Assembly: GCA_018992685.1 (NCBI GenBank)
Contig: JACVGT010000008.1
Coordinates: 32,001-96,000, forward strand
Source: Theionarchaea archaeon
GTDB taxonomy: Archaea; Methanobacteriota_B; Thermococci; Methanofastidiosales; SZ-28-30
Reading direction: 5' to 3'
DNA: 64,000 nucleotides
Shown: positions 57,957 through 64,000 of the stretch, piece by piece
Layout: every line of letters starts with the position of its first letter
Position numbering within the stretch: the first letter of the stretch is position 1
The notes under the pieces: model-generated
What the model was told of the DNA's origin: nothing
The model's database searches: none
Seen by the model: only the letters and a program-made list of their open reading frames with translations
Made by a program: the position numbers and the translations under genes

Positions 57957-59444
57957 TCAGTGCGCGAGCCGAGATGGTGGTGGCTCTGGATATGGGGGCT
58001 GTGACCGTCTCCACATGAACAACACGACGATAATGAAGGAAGTGGCTATGACGATGGCTGCCAGAATAGCACGATTTCTCTCCGACGACTTTCGTTCATC
58101 ACTCTGTTCCTTTTGATATTCCTGGATACCTGCCAGAAGATCGTCGCATGCGTCTACTTTTTCAGGTATCTCAAGCGTTTCGAACAGTGATCGGGCCTCT
58201 CTCGTCTTCTCTATGGCCTGCGCGAATTTTCTCTGGTCCACCAGGGTCTGTGCTTCCTCCAGGAGAAGGTTGGCCTGTCTCACCATGGCCAGGGTATCCC
58301 CACATTCGGCGAGCAGTCCCAGACATTCCTCAGTTTTCCCCGTGTTCTCAATGGCCTCGAAGACACTCACTGCTTCCTCAAGCAGCATTGCTGCTGTCTC
58401 GCAATCAGAAGATTCGAGATAGATCTTTGCCTCCTGTAAGAGAAGATCTGCTTCCAGGCCCCGGTTTGCCTTGACGATGAGGACAGAAATCGCCCGTGCC
58501 TTGCCGTACTCCTCAACCAGCATGGCAATGTCACGGGTTCCTTCCAGAACCTGCAAAGCGTCCTGATAGCTCCCTTCCTGAATGAGGGCTTCTGCCTGGC
58601 TGATGCGCTCTGATATCATGGTCTTCTTGGTTTTTTGAGACAGCCACCCCACTGCGTTGAGGGCCAGCCGCTTGTTGTCCAGGTAGTCAAGAGGATTCCT
58701 GGTCCAGGGGGCACCCGCAGCAGATAACCCTCTAAATAAACTCGTATCTCCAATTGCCACTACTCTTCCCTCACCTGACTCACAGTACGCCAGGAGGACG
58801 AGATCTTTCCCTTTTTTTTCCAGACTAGGTTCATACGAGCCTCCCCCATACCCGTACAGTTCAGAAAGTCTATCTCCATAGGTCTGCTCTCCGCCCCATG
58901 CAAGAGGACGGGCTCTCCGAGACACCTCGAGAGAACACCCGGATACCAGAAAAATCCTCCTGACATTACTGGTCACAGGATGCGCAGCAAAATTCTGGAT
59001 AATGGGGATTTCTGGATATGCTTTGTCAAGACTGAGGTTACTTTCCGGATCAATCACCACATCTCTCTGGAATTCTATTCCATACACGGAGGTGAGCGTA
59101 TTGAGGTCTTCTACATTCTCTGACGTCATGACTCCACTTTCTCCCATGACGAAAAGTCCCCCTCCATTCTCCACAAAGAGCCGGATAGCATTGAATTCTT
59201 CTTCTGTAAGAGAAACTGTCGGAACAGCTAATATCAAAATATCATATGGATCAAGATACAGAATACTCTGAGTAAATTCAACATCATAATAGTTAATTTC
59301 AAGTTCTCTGGCCAGCTCTCCGAGAATAAGACTGATATCCAGAGAACTGTGTCCGATATCAATGAGGATTTTTCCCTGGATTTCCTCTTGCTGGACCTGG
59401 GCTGCAAAGACAGCTAGAACAATAATAAAGATGTGCACCTTCAT
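57957..59444 (-). CDS. Exported protein: GldG/IFT52-like (GATase-like) domain, TPR-like helices, C-terminal TM
   Basis: Signal peptide, ILIDIGH, FVENGGGL, HPVT..V, GEGRVVAIGD, helical repeats, TM. Confidence 0.75.
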   Translation of the reverse strand: MKVHIFIIVLAVFAAQVQQEEIQGKILIDIGHSSLDISLILGELARELEINYYDVEFTQSILYLDPYDILILAVPTVSLTEEEFNAIRLFVENGGGLFVMGESGVMTSENVEDLNTLTSVYGIEFQRDVVIDPESNLSLDKAYPEIPIIQNFAAHPVTSNVRRIFLVSGCSLEVSRRARPLAWGGEQTYGDRLSELYGYGGGSYEPSLEKKGKDLVLLAYCESGEGRVVAIGDTSLFRGLSAAGAPWTRNPLDYLDNKRLALNAVGWLSQKTKKTMISERISQAEALIQEGSYQDALQVLEGTRDIAMLVEEYGKARAISVLIVKANRGLEADLLLQEAKIYLESSDCETAAMLLEEAVSVFEAIENTGKTEECLGLLAECGDTLAMVRQANLLLEEAQTLVDQRKFAQAIEKTREARSLFETLEIPEKVDACDDLLAGIQEYQKEQSDERKSSERNRAILAAIVIATSFIIVVLFMWRRSQPPYPEPPPSRLAH

Positions 59445-59771
59445 GTTAACCCTCACGCCTGTAGGCACCTGAAATTATTTAAAGGTTTCCGTGAGGAAGA
59501 GAAGAACTTGGAAGATAATTCTTCTCAAAATCCCTTTCGATTCGAAGCCAGTATTCATGTTTTCCTGTAATGACATGGATTGACTGGCTCTTTTTCCAAT
59601 TGGTCGAGCATCTTATTGAAGCTGGAGTATTTGTCCAGGGCGGGGTCGTCGACAGCAATCCAATATGAAAGAGCGTGGATGACTCAGGAGTTTGATATTC
59701 TTCCTGTCACATGGCACCAAAGCCGAGATTCAAAACGGTATATTTAAATAGATTCAATCAATCGAAAAACA

Positions 59772-62312
59772 ATGAGATCTGGTGGAGCGCAATGGATTCC
59801 TATGTGGGGTGAACACAAATTCCTCCTGAAGAAATACACATTTCTGGGAATCGTTCCGACCTCACTGGGAATTTTCACCTATTGGAAATGCAGATATCTT
59901 TCTCCTTATCAGACAGACATCTCTGCTTTCTTATCCCTTCTCTTACCCTTTTTTGTCATTTTCTTTTTCTCTTACGGTGTCAAAAGAAAACTTGGTTACT
60001 TAGATCATGACTATCTATATCTCGTCAGCGCCGCACCGTTTTTGCTGGCCATCATTGATCTCCTATGGACAGGACAGCAGGGAGAGAGAAGCTCTGTTCT
60101 CTTGTATATTTTCTCCAGGTTTGCGCCTGCAATGCATGTTGAGAGTATCAGGTATCTTCTGAGCGCGATTTCTCAGAGCCTGGCCGCATTATTCGGAATT
60201 GTGTTTTCTCTGACTTTTGTGTGTGCACAACTGTACATTCAGCTGTACGAACCCACCTACACTGGGCACATGTTCAGGAGGCCATCCACCATTTTGCTTG
60301 TAGCAGTTTATGTTTTTTTCATTCTGTACAATCTACTTCTCTTGAAGAAGATATCTACTGATACTGGATATAGCAATTTCCAATTGTATTCTCCTCAATT
60401 TGAGAGATATATTGTCATAAGCTTTTTCGGAACACTCTTATGCTCCACCTTGTTGATTCCCTACCTCATATCAATCAATGCAGAGTTGAATCCTAGAATC
60501 GTGACAAAAACTATACTCAGCGAAGCAAAAGATGGGAGTGACAATGTCAAGAAGAAAGCAGTCGAAAGAATAACACTGAACATGAAATATTGGTATCTGA
60601 AGAGAAAAAATCTGTTTGCTTCTGCCAAAGTGAGTCTAGATTGCTTCTTAATTGACATAAGGGAAAAAGTAAGAAAGGAAACTCTTGAAGAGATAAAGAC
60701 TAGGATAGAATCTTTTGACGACATAATAGATGAAGATCCCGAGCTTGTATCTTTGCTGGTAGAGGAGTATTCAGAATTCATAAGAGGATCAACAGAGAGA
60801 AATGACAAAGCTAAGATTCTGAGAGGCCTTGATTTCTGCAAATGTTATATGTTAAAACTCAGATCAGAGAAATTCACAAAACCCAGCATAAGCAACTGGA
60901 AACTCATTGCGGGCAGCCTCGATCAGCTTCTTCATATAGGATCTGCTGATCTTCCACCTGAGCAAGCAAGGGCTATGGGACCTTCAAATCCATTTACTGT
61001 AGAAGATGCCCAACTAAAAACAGAAACGAGTAATGAGAATCTCTTTGATGTTTGCCTGGTTACAACTCTGGAAAGACTTGGAATCCTTTATTGGAAACTC
61101 AAGGAATTCGGAAATGCAGAACAATGCTACTTGGAAGCTGTCCGTGTATACAGTAACTTGAGGAGAGGGAATCTTGGCATAGCGAGAATGTGGGGCCATC
61201 TTGGAAATCTCTATAGCAGTCAGATTAATACCGATATTGCAGAAGAATCCTGTTCTAGGATTGAGAAATTCGAAGAATACTATCTTAAAGCTGAGGAGTA
61301 TTATATCAGAGCCGAAAGAATCTGCAACAAATTCGTTAAATATAGTCCTGAAGTAAAACTACTTCTTGCGGGGATACGCTATGATCTGGGAAACCTGTAC
61401 TGCAAATGGAAGAAGCTCAAGGAGGGAGAGAACTGCTTGGTAGGAGCCTTGGATATCTATAGATCAGTCGAAGAAGATCCTAGCATTAGATCTGACAAAT
61501 TCATTACATTGTATAAACTAGGAAACCTTTACTGGAACAACAAAGAGTATGAAAAAGCAGTAGAATGCCATAAAGAAGCTTTGGAAACCATCACGGCAGA
61601 GGGCGATTTGGACACAGAACTCGATCTATTCGAGATCCACAGTAATCTCGCACTTTATTACGAAGAGTCATCACATCATTCTGAAGCGATAGATCACTAT
61701 GTCAAGGCTCTTGAAATCTCTAAGAGACTAGTCAAGAGAGATCGCAAGACTTATGAACCATATCTAGCCACAACACTCAATGACCTTGGAAAAGCATACC
61801 GTAGATCTGAGAAGTTCAAAGAGGCGAGAGAATGCTATGGAAGGGCTTTCGGAATTCGAAAGAAACTGGCCAAGAAGAGGCCTGAATTTGAATCAGATGC
61901 TGCCACAACACTTATATCTCTGGGAGGTCTTCACAGCGACCTGAGAGAATACAGGAAAGCAGAGAAATGTTTCAAAGGAGCATTGAAGATCTACAAGAAC
62001 CTACTCACTGAGGACAGCAGGTTTAAAATAGATGTAGCCCTGGCATTCTACAATTTGGGTCTCGTCTACAGGGATGAAAGGAACAACATTGAAGCAGAAG
62101 AGTACTTTGTTCACGCACTGAATGTGCTAGCAGAACTTGATCAAAAAGTTCATAGAATTAGCTCAATTACTACGAAAACACTTATTGAGCTTGGAAAACT
62201 CTCTCTATATTCTGGAAATCTAGAGAAAGCCAAAAAATATTCTGATAGAGCTTCGAAATCTTATCACACATCAGACAACGAAGTGAAGTCTCCTTCCGAA
62301 GACTGTTCTTGA
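59772..62312 (+). CDS. DUF2254-like membrane domain fused to a TPR array
   Basis: RYLLSAISQSLAALFGIVFSLT; repeated ATTLNDLG..Y, A..CY..AL.I TPR units. Confidence 0.8.
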   Translation: MRSGGAQWIPMWGEHKFLLKKYTFLGIVPTSLGIFTYWKCRYLSPYQTDISAFLSLLLPFFVIFFFSYGVKRKLGYLDHDYLYLVSAAPFLLAIIDLLWTGQQGERSSVLLYIFSRFAPAMHVESIRYLLSAISQSLAALFGIVFSLTFVCAQLYIQLYEPTYTGHMFRRPSTILLVAVYVFFILYNLLLLKKISTDTGYSNFQLYSPQFERYIVISFFGTLLCSTLLIPYLISINAELNPRIVTKTILSEAKDGSDNVKKKAVERITLNMKYWYLKRKNLFASAKVSLDCFLIDIREKVRKETLEEIKTRIESFDDIIDEDPELVSLLVEEYSEFIRGSTERNDKAKILRGLDFCKCYMLKLRSEKFTKPSISNWKLIAGSLDQLLHIGSADLPPEQARAMGPSNPFTVEDAQLKTETSNENLFDVCLVTTLERLGILYWKLKEFGNAEQCYLEAVRVYSNLRRGNLGIARMWGHLGNLYSSQINTDIAEESCSRIEKFEEYYLKAEEYYIRAERICNKFVKYSPEVKLLLAGIRYDLGNLYCKWKKLKEGENCLVGALDIYRSVEEDPSIRSDKFITLYKLGNLYWNNKEYEKAVECHKEALETITAEGDLDTELDLFEIHSNLALYYEESSHHSEAIDHYVKALEISKRLVKRDRKTYEPYLATTLNDLGKAYRRSEKFKEARECYGRAFGIRKKLAKKRPEFESDAATTLISLGGLHSDLREYRKAEKCFKGALKIYKNLLTEDSRFKIDVALAFYNLGLVYRDERNNIEAEEYFVHALNVLAELDQKVHRISSITTKTLIELGKLSLYSGNLEKAKKYSDRASKSYHTSDNEVKSPSEDCS

Positions 62313-62516
62313 TTCAAAGATGTTATTCTTCTTTTCATCCTTATATAACTTTCTCACTGTATTGATGACAATAGATTATTAAAAAGAGGGAAAGGTATAA
62401 TTAAATTCCAAAAAAAAGATTCTAATAAAGAAAAAAGAAAAGAATAGAGAGATGCCATTTCTATCCCAAAATAGGTCAGCGCTCCACAGATCCGTCATCT
62501 CGAGAGAAAAAACAGG

Positions 62517-62858
62517 TCATAGATAATGCCACTTGCGCCTCTTCTGCTGGGGGATAAAATACTCCAACTGACGCACTCTTCGAGAGTCACCTACATTGAT
62601 GAGTCTTGAATTACGCTCAACGAATCCATTCTCATACAAGTCCAACAAATAACCGCTAACCGTACTCTCAGCTCTGCCGATCCGTTCAGCGATCTCCCCA
62701 ACAGAGTATGGTTCATTTTCCTCTTCTAGCATCTTGAGAATCTGTCTCCGAACTCCAGAGGGAGTACCTACGCCTGCCTTTTTCATCTCCTCAATACGCT
62801 GAGAGAGCTTTTCAATCGATTCCCTTAGCTCTCTAATCTGCTCCTCTACGCTCGTCAT
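62517..62858 (-). CDS. Coiled-coil plus winged-HTH transcriptional regulator
   Basis: RRQILKML, YSVGEIAERIGRAESTVSGYL.DL...GFVER. Confidence 0.85.
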   Translation of the reverse strand: MTSVEEQIRELRESIEKLSQRIEEMKKAGVGTPSGVRRQILKMLEEENEPYSVGEIAERIGRAESTVSGYLLDLYENGFVERNSRLINVGDSRRVRQLEYFIPQQKRRKWHYL

Positions 62859-62891
62859 AGACTCAACGCCTTTCAATTGTTTTCAATCTTC

Positions 62892-63011
62892 GAATACTAG
62901 TATTCTTAATAATATCACTCTAGGTTATATATAAGCTTTTCTATCCTAATAATCTTAGTATTATTAAGTGTGCATTCTTAAAGAGATCATGGGTAGTATA
63001 AAAGCTTTTCG
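62892..63011 (-). promoter_or_regulatory. Tandem promoters with palindromic operators upstream of the wHTH gene
   Basis: GAAAAGC-TTATATA (62926-62941) and CGAAAAGC-TTTTATA (62997-63011); palindrome GAATACTAGTATTC (62892-62905); inverted repeat 62947-62966. Confidence 0.65.
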
Positions 63012-63589
63012 GTCATACTGCTGCATTGTACACAAATCCTACAAATCCTTAATTTGAATCATACGAAGAATTTTGGCATTATGCTATAATTTCCACCATT
63101 TCAGAACACGGATGGTGAATTCCCAACCTCATATTATTTAGTTCCTGCACCGCACGTACGGTCACATCTTGAAGAAGAAATCTGATTTTTGCTTCCTTAA
63201 TAACGCATTACTTATTATGGCTCTATATGCTCACAATTGTTATCTCGGTTAACATAAGAAATCTTCTTGAATGCTCAGCTTTTCCTGTGTTTGTACTTTG
63301 CTTTTCATTCTTCTGTATTCAGTCTACTCACTCACACACCATAATCTGTGAGACGTCTTCCGGTACGCATAGAGGCATCTTTCCTGTCTTCGGTATTAGT
63401 TCCGACACCTTTTTTTCTTCTTGTGCAGTTACATTCATTTCCTACATTATGTGCTGCGTTCACCAAAGCTCTCCTAATCTTTGTTCCATTCGGTTTTTGT
63501 CGTTATCTCAAATATAGGAATTCTATTCTATCTCACGCTGCTTCATTTTCCACGGGAATGAATCTCCTGTGTCGATGGTGCCATTCTTA

Positions 63590-63626
63590 AAAATACTAGT
63601 ATTTTGCCTAACAATAGATTTATAAG
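63590..63626 (+). promoter_or_regulatory. Palindromic operator plus TATA of the last gene
   Basis: AAAATACTAGTATTTT (63590-63605), then TTTATAAG (63619-63626). Confidence 0.65.
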
Positions 63627-63667
63627 GCAGTAAGAAGAAAAAAATGTTATAGGGAGGAGATGTCCTG

Positions 63668-64000
63668 ATGGATAATATGGAAATTGAGGTCTCAGATCGG
63701 ATAAACACATTCCTTCTACTTTCCTTCAAGAAAAGAAAGCTAAGTCTCGAGATTCATCTAGAAAAAACGAAAACAGGCATTTTTGAAGGAATCAAAGAGT
63801 GGAGAAAAACCTATAGGGAAGAACTTGAGATTCTGCAGAGACTGAATCCAGAAGATAGAGAAGAAAAGATGATCATAGAAGAACTGTGCAGCCGGAAACT
63901 CTTTTTCCAATTCGAAGACGCGGAAAGAGAAGAGAATTCATACAATGATTTTTCACACATTCTCCTCGGAAGACACGATTTTGTTTACCTGCTGGAAAGT
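63668..64000 (+). CDS. Hypothetical protein (partial, runs off window end)
   Basis: GGAGG SD; open frame MDNMEIEVSDRINTFLLLSF... for 111 codons to the window end. Confidence 0.65.
   Translation, partial: MDNMEIEVSDRINTFLLLSFKKRKLSLEIHLEKTKTGIFEGIKEWRKTYREELEILQRLNPEDREEKMIIEELCSRKLFFQFEDAEREENSYNDFSHILLGRHDFVYLLES

Noticed and set aside
63180-63560. Fragmented purine-rich minus-strand frames, possibly a pseudogene
   Set aside because: No recognisable protein motif, so a call cannot be supported

Overview
Archaeal chromosomal window, as shown by SRP19, Sec61beta, DGGGP synthase, geranylgeranyl reductase, DUF835, BRE/TATA promoters and many apparently leaderless genes. The gene content suggests an anaerobic Theionarchaea/Thermococci-related euryarchaeote, but that lineage call is inference. 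Most of the window is housekeeping or metabolic: partial pdaD, an RDD/DUF4129/DUF4350/MoxR/DUF58 operon, gltX, a RACo activator, rnhB, ether-lipid genes, pcm, asnS, acdA, gcvPA/PB, Rad50/Mre11, topA, gpmI, cobO and srp19. I found no tRNA, rRNA, CRISPR array or transposase by eye. The most interesting locus is a compact candidate archaeal RiPP cluster on the minus strand (36818-39650). It has two paralogous 29-30 aa precursor peptides not properly called by the ORF track (shared FxPEF leader-like motif and KxxPxPS motif, each with its own SD and near-identical promoter), upstream of two radical SAM enzymes, one RRE/SPASM type and one with an atypical auxiliary domain. Other leads: a wHTH protein with a degenerate LAGLIDADG-like domain, tandem GDTxPDPD micro-peptides, a candidate sRNA, a K+-channel-like protein with a non-GYG filter, a membrane-anchored PIMT, a possible hydroxyarchaeol synthase homologue, and a repeated palindromic operator around a wHTH regulator in the AT-rich right end. 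All family calls come from motif recognition by eye, not database searches.
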